A DNA stretch of 62,838 nt, filler included, from Circinaria calcarea (taxonomy: Eukaryota): the NCBI GenBank assembly GCA_051942165.1. It is 43 parts of 43 records of this genome, joined end to end, with 100 filler letters (N's around TTAATTAATTAA, not from the genome) between each part and the next. Parts side by side here need not be neighbours in the genome. Positions count along the whole stretch, not along the records: positions 49,848 to 51,203 come from JAVECS010004840.1; positions 51,304 to 52,659 come from JAVECS010004841.1; positions 52,760 to 54,114 come from JAVECS010004842.1; positions 54,215 to 55,569 come from JAVECS010004843.1; positions 55,670 to 57,023 come from JAVECS010004844.1; positions 57,124 to 58,477 come from JAVECS010004845.1; positions 58,578 to 59,931 come from JAVECS010004846.1; positions 60,032 to 61,385 come from JAVECS010004847.1; 35 more parts are not named here. The stretch is one strand, 5' to 3'. The notes under the pieces are model-generated. The model made no database searches and was not told where the DNA came from. It saw only the letters and a list, made by a program, of their open reading frames with translations. The first letter of the stretch is position 1. The number at the start of each line of letters is the position of its first letter. The position numbers were made by a program, and so were the translations under genes. Positions 49,748 to 61,486 of the stretch are shown piece after piece.

Positions 49748-52089
49748 NNNNNNNNNNNNNNNNNNNNNNNNNNNNNNNNNNNNNNNNNNNNTTAATTAAT
49801 TAANNNNNNNNNNNNNNNNNNNNNNNNNNNNNNNNNNNNNNNNNNNNGAGGAGGAGGGGAGAGGAAGGCATGCGAGAGAGGGAGGGCGTGTCCGTAGTCG
49901 ATGCAGAAGAGGAGGAGGAAGAGGTGCGGGAAGTGGGTGAAGAGAGAGGAGGGAGGAGTACGCGTGCGGGGGACCATGGTTGGTTTGAGATAAGGAGGTG
50001 CTGGGAGAGTATGGAGTGAATGAAGGGAGGGGGCTTTGGAGGTTCTGCCTCTGAGATGGGGGTGTGAAGGGAGAATGGGAGGCGATGGATGGGAAGAGGT
50101 ATCTGTATTAGGTATCGGGGACCGAGTACGGAGGGAGTGATGTCGCCTATTTTTTTTAAAAAATTTGAGAGCTGAAAATGCAAAGGGTTAGGTTGGGGCG
50201 TCTCCATCAACCAAGAGTATAATAGAACCGCAATTGTAACACGGACCCAAAAGATAAGTAGGAATGCTCCACACAAATGTCCGTTCCCAATCCTGTTTCA
50301 GTCGAAGCACAAAGGACGAGGGACGGAGCACGGGCTCGATCTTCAGCGCGAGCGTCACTGTACCCCATATTCTCCCCATACCCCACGCGTCCCATCCTAG
50401 GGGTCGATTGTCTTCCAGTCAGTCTGTGCGTGGACTATCATAAAAACCGTGAGACGAACCCTGATTGCTTGTCTCGGCTTGGCTCGAAGCGAGAAAAGCT
50501 CATGCGTAATGTTCCATGGTACCCAGATATTCTAGTCGACAAGCGAGTTGCTCGGTTAGGACGGTCAGCTTCACGAGCCTCTGCTAAGCATATTCATGAG
50601 TGACGTAATACAGATCAAATCAAACTTTTAAAATAAAGACATTTGCGATTATATAGCATACATTAGGAGATCAGAGAAGTTTCTATATAAGATTTCCAAC
50701 TCATAAACGCAAGACAGATACCCTAGAACCGCGTTATGTAAGTCGGAATGCACAATGTAAGAGCCGTCGACTAGAGGTTGTGTGAACAGTGGAGAGTCGA
50801 AGACAAATCCCTCGAAAACGTATCAGGGCAAAACGAACATGATCAACGCCAGGCCATTCATGAAGAATAGAACAGACAATGGTTCCGTGTGCCGAATTGT
50901 AAGAGGGGACGCCGTTCGTGAAGTGAAAGCATGTTGCCCGCGCAGAACAGGAAGAATCCAGGCTTCCGAATATGGGTCAGACCGAAGCAGTCGTGAAATG
51001 GCCAAGATTTCTAAAACGAGACGGAATCATGAATCATCATAGCTTCATGACCATTGCTCCTTCTCCTTCAACCCTCCCATCCTGTCAAGGTCCAACGACT
51101 GGAACCGGTCCGAGTCGCTGGACTGGTAAGGTGGCAGCTTTTCCTCATACGGCTCCAATCCAACGCCACCATTGTCACTGATGCGGACAACAACGACGCG
51201 ACCNNNNNNNNNNNNNNNNNNNNNNNNNNNNNNNNNNNNNNNNNNNNTTAATTAATTAANNNNNNNNNNNNNNNNNNNNNNNNNNNNNNNNNNNNNNNNN
51301 NNNGGTAGAACCTTGGTCTGGCACTCCGACAAGTCCGGATTTCGAGACATGCACTTTGGAGCAAATGCGGTCTAACAAAGGCGGATCGTTGGAAGTTTCC
51401 ACCATCGGCGTTGTGAAGGAGAAGTTTTGGATAAGGCAGCACTCAGGCTGCGACGGGGTAGTTGTTTAAGGACGAGAACAACTTCTGAATTGGGTGGGGG
51501 GAATGCGGGCGATAGAGATAGCTACATATCCAAAAGCCCGGCGCGGCCAAGGCGCTAGAGTTGAAATTAGCCGACCACGCGGCTCAGTGACAGGGATCTA
51601 TCTGCTGGTTGCTCGACGAAACATGGTACGGCACCATTCTACCGATTTTCTAATGAGGGGAAAGGGCATCACGGACGGGCGGCTGATGTGTCAGACATTT
51701 ACTGTCCGTCTTACCTGGACCGACGGAAGCCTCTACGCTTTCTCGAAACCGAAAGAAAAGTGAGATACGGATGATGTGATCGGACTCCATATGCGTCCTA
51801 GTCTCTGACTTGGCACGTCGTCATCTATGGTATTTCCTTGGACAGTCCTTGAACGTGGACCAGATGATGACCGCTGCCCGCGGTCACACATGCAGTCTAA
51901 CGGGTTCCACAAAGTTACTTAAAGTGATTATGGCTCGATCCTGGATACTCGGCGAGAAAGGATGACCTATCGTCCCACGAGCCTTATGACGATAGCCTAA
52001 CCGCCGACAACGTCCTGAAGGCTGAGGGAACCTGCGCAGTGGCCACTACTCTATTTCGACGTCCAACATCGGGGAAACCAAAACTTGCC

Positions 52090-52659
52090 ATGGATGATTC
52101 GGCAAAACAGCTTCAAAGGGAGCTATCGGAATCAACAAGGAAAGCCCTCGCGACCGGAAGACCGATCCTGACGCATATAAATGCGGATACTACATGGCTT
52201 TTGCAACTACCTTATCCCGGGAATGTCAACCCTCCACCTGGCCGCTCACGCTATAACATACTTGTACGCACCATTCCTTAGAGCGAAGGAGCGAGTCAGC
52301 AAAATGACAGTGGACAGATCGATCCGTGGCTGCAAGGCTCACAAGTTGATGTCGCCTCATGGTTCTCCAGACAGTGGCACGCAGTAGACTCTAGTGTTCA
52401 GACAATTGGCGAACTAAATGACTGCTTGAAGACAGTTGAGGAGATCGCACAAGCCGCAAGAGCAAAGACCAAGGGAGTACGGTCTCATAATAGCTCATAC
52501 CGAAAAGCATCTACCTATATCGATGCTGTAGTTCTCTCCCATGAATTTTCGGACCACACGCACAAGGCAACTCTCCTGCAGGTCGATTCGAAGACACCGA
52601 TTTATGCTACCAAAAAAGCCGCAGAGCTTGTGCGGTCTTGGTCACATTTCGATCATGTT
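52090..52659 (+). CDS. Metallo-beta-lactamase-fold fungal protein, N-terminal part; intron 52264-52317
   Basis: LTHINADTTWLL...NIL/IDPWL.G.Q.D..SWFS.QWH...IDAVVLSHEFSDHTH. Confidence 0.8.
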
Positions 52660-52759
52660 NNNNNNNNNNNNNNNNNNNNNNNNNNNNNNNNNNNNNNNNN
52701 NNNTTAATTAATTAANNNNNNNNNNNNNNNNNNNNNNNNNNNNNNNNNNNNNNNNNNNN

Positions 52760-53173
52760 TCCCCCACCGCCTCCATCCGTCTCCCCTCTCACCAGCATCT
52801 CCCGCGCCAGCCGAATCGGGTTCTTGACGTGCCGGAGCAAGCTGACGCCGACGCCGCGCTTGCGAAAGCCACGTGAGACCATGACGCTAGCTTCGAGCTC
52901 GATGGTTCCGGTGCGGGTGAAGACGGCGCCGCGGGCGCAGTTGAAGAGGGGATTATTTTCGAGTAAGGTGATGGCGTGGGTGGCAGCATCAAGGGCGGTG
53001 GTGCCGGTGGTGAGGAGGTCAGAGGTGGAACGGAGGGTCGAGAGAAGGGAGGTGCGGTAAATAGCGTAGGCGGCTGGAGGGAGATTGGCGCGAGTTATAT
53101 GTCCAGCACCGCCGTGGATGATGAGGCGGGGGGTGGTTGTGGAGGTGGGGATAGGTGGGAGTGAGGGAGACAT
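52760..53173 (-). CDS. Isoaspartyl peptidase/type-2 L-asparaginase (Ntn hydrolase), N-terminus
   Basis: LIIHGGAG, LENNPLFNCARGAVFT..G.IELEASVM, VKNPIRLAR. Confidence 0.92.
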
Positions 53174-53875
53174 GGTATGGTGGACGGGGAGAAGGAGTGC
53201 GAGAGAGCGGAAGTGGAGAGCGGAGAGCAGTATAAGCTATAGGAGAGGCACGACTACAAAGTAGGCACGCGTGGTAGGGTCGATATAAAACACATATCAA
53301 TGAGATAGTGGCACGTGCACGATGCTACTTCGTAAGCGGGGCTTTCAACAAGGGTACTACTGATATCTACCCGCTATAAGTAAGGGTCAGGGATCAGGGT
53401 CCTCCTACCACGCCACTGTACGAAGTAGGTACTCGAAGATTTGACACAGAACATCAATCGAGTGTCTTGATCTCTCCTTATCCCTTAAACCGTTGCTCAC
53501 GCGTACCGAACCGTGCGTTTTTGGTCCCTAGCTGGCTAATCCTAACCTTGTATCTAAGAAACGCATGGGTTTGTACGCGTGAGTAACGGTTTAAGGGATA
53601 GTCTGTCTGGATTCATAATGACATTTTATATGTATCTGCACAAGCTCTTCAACAAAACGTCCTTTTGTCCCATATCCCAAAAGCTTCCCATTCTGTAAAA
53701 CCCCAACCTGAGACTGATAAACTCCGCTCAGCTCACACCATACGCGCCACCCTCGTTGGGGTACAAGAGTGGAATGAATGACACTTGTATGATTAGTATT
53801 GTAGAACAAGCCTGTACATATCTACCCTTTCTACACCTTACCTTCCCGATAAAATCTAGGAGATCTTAGACTGTC

Positions 53876-54114
53876 CTACCATCCGTCGACAGGCGTCATC
53901 CGAACATGCAAACCACCCTTCGGTCTGGCGGTGATTCCGGACTGGATATCTATGACGGCGTTCTTGTCGGCCAATTCCATCTCAAACTTGCCAACCAGGG
54001 CAGCGAGCAAACATGCTTGTTCTGCTTTCGCAAATTGCTGCCCGATGCAGCTGCGAGGTCCGTGAAGAAAAGTCAGTAAAGAGTAATTGCTATCAGCACC
54101 GCCATTATTCGCTT
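53876..54114 (-). CDS. Cytochrome P450, C-terminus; not in ORF track
   Basis: SNYSLLTFLHGPRSCIGQQFAKAE (FxxGxRxCxG haem ligand) ...ITARPKGGL...DGW*. Confidence 0.93.
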
Positions 54115-54823
54115 NNNNNNNNNNNNNNNNNNNNNNNNNNNNNNNNNNNNNNNNNNNNTTAATTAATTAANNNNNNNNNNNNNNNNNNNNNNNNNNNNNN
54201 NNNNNNNNNNNNNNGCCCGGGGCCGGGGCCAGGGCGGGGGGCGGAGTACAGTTCCTCTATCTGACTGTCTGACTGTCTGACTGTGTAAAACATGGGAAGA
54301 AGGAAAAAAGGAAAATCGAACTAGAGTTTTGGTGGTCAGACGTATTTAAAACGATCCCATCCAAGGCCATTTTTCATTTCCATTTTTCATTTTTCATCTT
54401 GCATTTGCATTTGCATTTGCATTTCCAATTGCGGCCGGGCCTGTAGCGATGCGATGCGAAAGATGCGAAAGATGATCGGGGGGGCGAGGCATTTTCCCCC
54501 TCTTCTTTCTTCGTAAATGGTGTGAGAATGGGAAATTGGAAAGGAAAGAAAAGGGGATGATATGATGCCATGCCTTGCCAGGTTTGACAAAGCAAAGGAA
54601 AGGCTGATCCCAAGAGGGCTGATGCCAAGGGGGCTGAGGCAAGCAGGAGCAGGCCACGAGGCTGGATGGCTCATACGAGTCTGACAGGCAAAGAGAGGCG
54701 AAAGAGGTGAGATGGGGCTGCGCCATCATGACAAATCAGGGATGGATTGAAATATCCCCTATTTGATTTATGATATATTGAGGGTATATACAAGAAAAAA
54801 CTCATCGCAATATATACAACCCA

Positions 54824-55569
54824 TCAAATCGTGTCATCCGCAATCTTTCCTACCCGTATCTTCGCATCTCCGCCAATAGGTTTCCTTCCGAAATCACTCT
54901 CTTCATCACCAGTCCTTGTAACGGCGATAGCGTCAGTTTCCTCCGGCGAAACGTCAGCCGCCACGGGTGGGCCCGAGAACTCTTTTCGTCCTCGGACGAA
55001 ATACCAGATGACGGAAATAGATGCGAATCCAGCAAAGACTACGCTGGCGTAGTTCATGGTTTGCGGTGTGACGGGTAGGGAGACGGGCATGCAGAATAGG
55101 ACAATAGCTAGATTAGCAGTATCAGCAATGATGGGACAAGAAAAAAAGCGGGGGTTAAATGGGGACGAAAATGCTTACCCAAGCAAATCCAACAAATCGT
55201 CAAAACATTGATGGCGAATCCAAACTTGCCCAGTGAGAATATTGAATGCCTTACCATCTTGCGACCCCGGATCAACGAAACCAAGATGGGTATCCCGTAC
55301 GATGTAGAAAGGCAAATGGTGGCTACACCCGTAAAGGAGTTGAAAGCTGCTGTAGAACCGAAATATATCAAACCGAGTAGGCAATCGACAACCGTTGAGA
55401 GGATGATGCCTCCTAGAGGTACGTCAAAACGCTTATCAACTTTACTCCAGAATCTTGAACCCGGAATAGCGCCGTCACGAGCAAAGGCATAGGTGCAACG
55501 ACTTGCCGCTGTCAGAGCACCAATTCCAGCAAAGAACATGATACCGATGATTAGGAATAGTAAACCGAA
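54824..55569 (-). CDS. APC-family amino acid/polyamine/GABA permease, C-terminal part; intron 55178-55108
   Basis: LTAASRCTYAFARDGAIPGS, IYFGSTAAFNSFTG, P.SLPVTPQTMNYASVV. Confidence 0.92.
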
Positions 55570-55669
55570 NNNNNNNNNNNNNNNNNNNNNNNNNNNNNNN
55601 NNNNNNNNNNNNNTTAATTAATTAANNNNNNNNNNNNNNNNNNNNNNNNNNNNNNNNNNNNNNNNNNNN

Positions 55670-56724
55670 GAAGTTGATAGTATGGGCCCGTGAACGTTTC
55701 GGGCGCCCTTCCGATTCCAACCTAGGGGGTGCTGTTAAAGCAGGAAGGCCCTCGGCTTCAACCTCCTCGCCGCTCACCTCTCCGGCTTCAACGACCTCGC
55801 TGTCGCGAAGCTTTCCAGCCACTGCGGGCAGCTGTATCATGATAGTCGAGCCTCCCTGGGATTCGAAATCGGCGAGAATGCCTTCCCAGCGTGGGATAGG
55901 TGGGAAGGTTTGTTGGCTTTCCTCAATAGGGTCCCCATCTGAGTCCTCACTGCTTGTTCCGACTATTGATTGTTCTTTCCGAAGCTTTTGTTTCTTCTGC
56001 TCAGTCCGTTTGAGGTCCTTCGCGGCTATCTCAGTTCCAGTAAGACCACGGGCATCGGTTTTACCCTTAGTCTTCTTCTTTCTCCATAGCTTCTTCGGAA
56101 CGGCGATAGGATTAGCTATAGGATTGTCGGCACCCTCTAGAGCAGCTTCGCCTATGCAAGGAGGTTGGTTTTCATAGCTCTGTAGCGTTGCCTCTCACTG
56201 ATTATCTTGCCCTCAGAATCTTTTTCGATGTGGTTCTCGAGTCCACGAGTATTCCTAGTCTCCGCGCTGTGATGAATACACTGATATCTGATCGATGGTA
56301 TCTTTTTGGTCCCACCACCCCGAGTCACCACCGCGAAGCCCTCCATGAAAGCCCATCCCTGTAAGCGATCGAGACAGGCGTTAAAGGAAGGAAAGACCTC
56401 GCCGTTAATAGGAGGGACTCGCCAGGTAGGCGGAAAGGTGGCTACATGGCGCTCGACGACCCCGCGGTAATGGTCAGGACACCCAGGCTTTGCATGGAAG
56501 ACTTCCTCAGCCATTCTAACTGCTATACCACGAAGATATCTCGGATTACCGATTTAAGAAGAGTTTAAAAGCGATAGCGAGATCAGAATTATCAGAGTTG
56601 GAAGAATCGGGTTGGTTGACAAATTATTTATTTTTTGATGTTCCTCTAGGCTAAATTACAGTATGACGTGCATATTACGCGAAGTTGGCTGTCGCCGAAG
56701 TTGGCTTTCGTAGTTGGCTGTCCC
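55670..56724 (-). mobile_element. Internally deleted Mutator-like (MULE) element with transposase remnant (ORF 56514-56152 plus shifted-frame tail)
   Basis: FAR1/WRKY-like N-terminus GEVFPS...RLQGWAF.EGFAVV...YQCIHH; no DDE core; terminus GGGACAGCCAACT at 56724 with three AGCCAACT subrepeats. Confidence 0.7.
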
Positions 56725-57123
56725 GAGTCAAGCCGCTCATATCTGCCAACAAGCGCTCGTGCGAAATCGCTTCAACAGCTTTTTGACAAAAGTTCGGCTG
56801 CTTGCTAATGGCCTGAAGGATGTTTGACAAATCCACCGCTGTCGATGACTATTTGTGTCCCTTGACCCGGCTGTGATTAGTTCCACTGTGCGAGGAATGC
56901 GCAAGTAGCCGACATCCTAATTCACTTGCCGCGGGGTGCTCTTGGCGCGTGGGGCGGTGAGCCTGTCACGCTACAACTCTTGATAGGATAAAATTCCACA
57001 TTGCCCTGTCCTAGATGCATAAANNNNNNNNNNNNNNNNNNNNNNNNNNNNNNNNNNNNNNNNNNNNTTAATTAATTAANNNNNNNNNNNNNNNNNNNNN
57101 NNNNNNNNNNNNNNNNNNNNNNN

Positions 57124-57260
57124 GGACGGATGAGGAGAAGGCGAAGCTGGCACCCATCACATCGCAGGTTGTGGATGAGATGCAGGGTAAGTTCTGCATC
57201 ATGGATGGGGAGAAGGTGGGGTGTATGATGGAGGCTTGGGCTGCTGTTTGCACCAAGTGA
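57124..57260 (+). CDS. C-terminal end of an unidentified protein
   Basis: TDEEKAKLAPITSQVVDEMQGKFCIMDGEKVGCMMEAWAAVCTK*. Confidence 0.4.
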
Positions 57261-57286
57261 ACGAGAAATACATTATTCATTCAACC

Positions 57287-57488
57287 TGTAAGGGTGCTAG
57301 GATTGGCTAGACTTGTATAAGGGACAGAGTCACTCGGTAATGCACGATTACCTGGAACGTAATATTGGTCTATTATTATTCCAGTTGTGTCTATAAGCAT
57401 GATATTCTAATGAGCGGGAATAGCCTGCTATATATGATACGTTTGCTCATCCTGCTCACCTATGTTTAATGCCCCTGAATATACTAAG
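57287..57488 (-). mobile_element. LTR fragment (family C, related to A) hosting LTR B
   Basis: Begins TGTAAGGG; shares CTATAAGCAT...GAGCGGGAATAGCCTGCTATATAT block with family A; other terminus not found. Confidence 0.55.
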
Positions 57489-58075
57489 TATCAGGATCCT
57501 TTACGAACAGTATAGTAATCTTACAATTAAGGGTCGGTAAACTATGTGATAGTGTGCTCAGTTGTGTAAGGGCGCTGCAATCCTTGGGGCGTATTGAGGA
57601 ATATGACACGTCCCGATTGGTGATAGCACGGTTACATAGGGTGTAGTTAGACTGTTGCCCTAGGCTCAATATAAAAGAAGTATATTGAACTCGTTATGGT
57701 TCTATAAGCATACTATTCTAAAGAACGACGAATAGTCTGCCTATATAGTACTGGTGCTCCCCAGTGATCCTATTGCTCCCTGGGATCCCTGGGAGCCACC
57801 GGGAGCATAGCACGTGACGTGCTCCCACTGCTCCCTGCCAAGTCCTGGGAGCACCTGGGAGCATTCGGCTCCTGGTTACTCCGTTCCGGCACTCGGTCTG
57901 CCAGGGTATGGCGTCGCGCCATAACAAGTTGGTTCGTATAGCGTTTGAATTATTGCTAAAGAATTCTGGTGTAACGCTTCGCGAGAAAAACCTTCGTCGC
58001 TAAACTAATACCTCATGACCTCGGTAGATAGTTCCCCCGTAGGGTTCGTAAGGGTTCTCAGGCAGAGCCCTTACA
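57489..58075. mobile_element. Solo LTR family B (220 bp net) interrupted by LTR A
   Basis: CTAAG TSD at 57484-57488 and 58076-58080; homologous to 60620-61199; left end TG mutated to TA. Confidence 0.85.
57565..57926 (-). mobile_element. Solo LTR family A (362 bp)
   Basis: TGTAAG...ATAACA termini; AGTTG TSD at 57560-57564 and 57927-57931; TATA on minus strand. Confidence 0.93.
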
Positions 58076-58577
58076 CTAAGTTACCAATTTAATTTAATAT
58101 ATTAAATTAAATTAGTAATTCCAGTTCATTCTTCAAATTGCTAAAATAATTATAATTTAGGCGCTGAACTATATTATTCGAATTACTGGCGGCGCTGGGT
58201 ATATTAATCACCATCTCCTACTTTTCCGTACCCCTTCCATTTCGTGTTCCCCTATATATCCGCCACAAAGACCTAGAGATAGATCCTCCCAAACCGATAT
58301 AAACCTGCAGCTGTCCAAATGCGACCCATAAAAATTTCCTTCCCCTAGATTAATACTTTCCAGCTCGGTTTGTGTTGCGCGTAGTGTACTGTGGTATTAT
58401 GGACCCAAAAAAAGGGCCCCTTCCCAAAAAAAAACATACAACAGCTGAGTATTCGCCGGCGGTCACCCACCCAACTANNNNNNNNNNNNNNNNNNNNNNN
58501 NNNNNNNNNNNNNNNNNNNNNTTAATTAATTAANNNNNNNNNNNNNNNNNNNNNNNNNNNNNNNNNNNNNNNNNNNN

Positions 58578-59171
58578 CACAACAGCCCTCTTAGCTTTAC
58601 AACTCCGCAAGTTCACCACCACACAGAGTACGATGGACGATACTACGTCATCCTGGGTAGATTGGCTGGCCAGACTCTAACCGAGGCATGGCCTAATATG
58701 AACGAGGCAATGAAGCAATACTACGTTTCCCGAGTTGCAAATATCTGTAAAGAACTCGCAGTGTGGCAGGCCGATAGTATCAGCGGGGTCGACGGCCAGC
58801 ACCTATCGGATCAGTTTCTTACTCGGCGCGTGTTGCCTAACGACTGTTGCCCTCAAAACCTGCTGAATAATTGCAAGGAGCTCGGGATGGATTGCTCAAC
58901 ATTCTACTTCTATCACTGTGACTTGGGGCCTGGGAACATAATTGTGAACCTAGCGGAAGGATCACTAGGCATTATTGATTGGGAAACGGCTGGATTTGTT
59001 CCCAAGGAATGGATAAGAACTAAATTTCGTGTTGCGGGCGGAATGGACCTACCGGGCGGCGATGAAGATTCTAGAGTGGACTGGAGAAGGCGAGTCCAGA
59101 GGCAATTGGGAAAGGAGGGGTTTCTCGAGATTGCAGAACAATGGATGGTTTGGTGGAGCAATAGAGACTGA
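58578..59171 (+). CDS. Aminoglycoside phosphotransferase/choline kinase-like protein, C-terminal part
   Basis: FYHCDLGPGNIIV (Brenner motif) and GIIDWETAGFVP.EW. Confidence 0.9.
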   Translation, partial: HNSPLSFTTPQVHHHTEYDGRYYVILGRLAGQTLTEAWPNMNEAMKQYYVSRVANICKELAVWQADSISGVDGQHLSDQFLTRRVLPNDCCPQNLLNNCKELGMDCSTFYFYHCDLGPGNIIVNLAEGSLGIIDWETAGFVPKEWIRTKFRVAGGMDLPGGDEDSRVDWRRRVQRQLGKEGFLEIAEQWMVWWSNRD

Positions 59172-60031
59172 TATCTGTTCATATCCGGTATATTCCTGGC
59201 AGGTGGGCGCTGTCTAGTGAGGACCTCGCGTTGAACGTTGTGTATAGGAACAAGCATATGAGGATAAATAAGTGATATTGCAGTGAACTCTAAGAGATCT
59301 TCTACGCCCGTTTTTATAATAAAGCCGTAACGTGCAAACCGAGCATAAGCTCGTACCTTTTCTTTCTGGCAGCATTGCCGGGACTAAAAATATCTTGACA
59401 GGAATACTTTTAAGCTTCCGGCGGCATTTCTCAGTGTCTTGGCAGCATGCTAGAGAATATGTTTGTCTCCCCCCGGTTTTTCCAAAGCGAGACTTGATGG
59501 GGAGGTCAAACCTGTTTTGGTAAGAAAAGCCTTTCTACCCCTGGTAAATCTTCTTTGGAAATATCGCGTTTCTCCCCCAACTTATTACTATCAAAGCTTT
59601 AAACTCCTTGGGATGATGGTTTCCGGGGCGTGTTGCTCTGGTAAGACTTTGAGTGCCACCGGCGAATCGCTGCAGCTTCACCAAACTTTTCCATATATTT
59701 AGATTTACGACAGCCACACGATTATATCCCGGTATAGTTTGGTATTACCAGAAGCTCTTCCATAACGTCAACAGCTGCTGAAGGTAGTTGAGTTGAGCTG
59801 GAAAATCAGAGTGATTGGATATAAAGGGTGCAACCAAACAGGAAACTTCCAGGCGAGATATCTATACAGTCTGTGAAAGATGCCCTGCATGTATATAATC
59901 TTGAGTGGATTCATATTGATGGATGTCTCTGNNNNNNNNNNNNNNNNNNNNNNNNNNNNNNNNNNNNNNNNNNNNTTAATTAATTAANNNNNNNNNNNNN
60001 NNNNNNNNNNNNNNNNNNNNNNNNNNNNNNN

Positions 60032-60319
60032 GTGGCCGCTTCTCTACTTCCCGTCTCATCCATTGTGGCCTTGTACTTTGTTTCCAGTACGCTTCGACGG
60101 CTCGGAATTGTGGCAGGATTCACAGTAGTATTTTCGGTGTGTTTGAAGATCTTGACCGAAGCTCGGAGGATAGATATTTTTGCTGCCACAGCTGCGTAAG
60201 CTACTCAACAGAGAGATGTTCAACGACTCTCTTGCGAAAAGATAGACTACTGAGAGGTCAATAGTTTTGCCGCAGTGCAGGTGGTATTCATCAGCACGAA
60301 TAACGTAATAGGAATCTAA
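60032..60319 (+). CDS. DUF6594-like fungal membrane protein, C-terminus; intron 60196-60264; not in ORF track
   Basis: LLPVSSIVALYFVSSTLRRLGIVAGFTVVFS..L..LT.ARR.DIFAATAA/FAAVQVVFI. Confidence 0.82.
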
Positions 60320-60619
60320 AGGAGAATTACAGAGGCATCCTGGATCTCCAGCCAACTGGACAGAGGTACTCATTCGCATTGCTTCACGATGTACCCCCGT
60401 GTAGATTTCCGAATGATGGAATAAGGGAGTCCGGAACGTGCCACCCCCCATTTCTGGGGTGGCTGGCTTTTTTCTTGCATAATTTGCATAAAAAATTAAG
60501 CGAACGTCAGCTACCCTAAAGTGAAGCTAATATAAATTCGATTTTAACGTGGTTTAGCGCTATTAATTTATCTATTTATTATTTTATATACTAATTTGGG
60601 TATTATTTAATATATTATT

Positions 60620-61199
60620 TGTAAGGATCCTCTACGAATGGTATGATAATCTTACGATAAGGGTCGGTAAATTGTGTGATAATGAGCTCAATGGGTTCGC
60701 ATAAGCGTGTAAGGGCGCTGCAATCCTTGGGGCCTATTGAGGAATATGATAAGTCCCGATTGGTAATAGCACGGTTACATAGGGTGTAGTTGAACTGTTG
60801 CCCTAGGCTTAATATCAATGAGTAATATTGAACACGGTCTATAAGCATGCTATTCTAAAGAGCGCGGAATAGCCTGTTTATATAGTACTGGTGTTCCCCA
60901 GTGATCCTTTTGCTCCCTGGGATCCCTGGGAGCCACCGGGAGCATAACACGTGACGTGCTCCCACTGCTCCCTGCCAAGTCCTGGGAGCACCCGGGAGCG
61001 CCCGGCTCCTGGTTACCCCGTTCCGGCACTCGGCCTGCCAGGGTATGGCGTCGCGCCATAACAAAGCGTATGAATTATTGCTAAAGAGTTCTGGTGTAAC
61101 ACTTCGCGAAGAAAACCTTTCTCGCTAAGCTAACACCTCGTGACCTCGGGTATAGTTCACCCGTAGGGTTCGTAGGGGTTCTCGGGTAGAGCCCTTACA
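60620..61199. mobile_element. Solo LTR family B (219 bp net) interrupted by LTR A
   Basis: TGTAAGG...CCTTACA termini; TTATT TSD at 60615-60619 and 61200-61204. Confidence 0.88.
60708..61063 (-). mobile_element. Solo LTR family A (356 bp)
   Basis: TGTAAG...ATAACA termini; AAGCG TSD at 60703-60707 and 61064-61068. Confidence 0.93.
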
Positions 61200-61200
61200 T

Positions 61201-61289
61201 TATTTTAAATATTATTTTAGATATTTATTTATATATTATTTTAAATATTATTTTAAATATCTATTTATATATTATTTTGAATATTATTT
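61201..61289. repeat. AT-rich 12-bp minisatellite (TATTTTAAATAT-like)
   Basis: About 7 degenerate tandem units between two LTRs. Confidence 0.75.
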
Positions 61290-61385
61290 TGTAAGGGCGC
61301 TGCAATCCTTGAGGCCTAATGAGGAATATGTTAAGTCTCGATTGGTAATAGCACGGTTACATAGGGTGTAGTTGAACTGTTGCCC
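61290..61385 (-). mobile_element. End of another LTR family A copy, truncated by contig end
   Basis: TGTAAGGGCGCTGCAATCCTTG... matches the other copies. Confidence 0.88.
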
Positions 61386-61486
61386 NNNNNNNNNNNNNNN
61401 NNNNNNNNNNNNNNNNNNNNNNNNNNNNNTTAATTAATTAANNNNNNNNNNNNNNNNNNNNNNNNNNNNNNNNNNNNNNNNNNNNT

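Noticed and set aside
42603..55569. Biosynthetic cluster made of DMATS, P450, permease, nitrite reductase and HET genes
   Set aside because: These genes lie on separate contigs ordered only by length
57484..57927. Near-identical small ORFs at 57484-57927 and 60615-61064 as a duplicated gene pair
   Set aside because: They are chance frames within LTR A/B copies
1378..61485. Regularly spaced identical TTAATTAATTAA units as a CRISPR-like or biological repeat array
   Set aside because: Embedded in fixed N runs; standard artificial six-frame-stop linker
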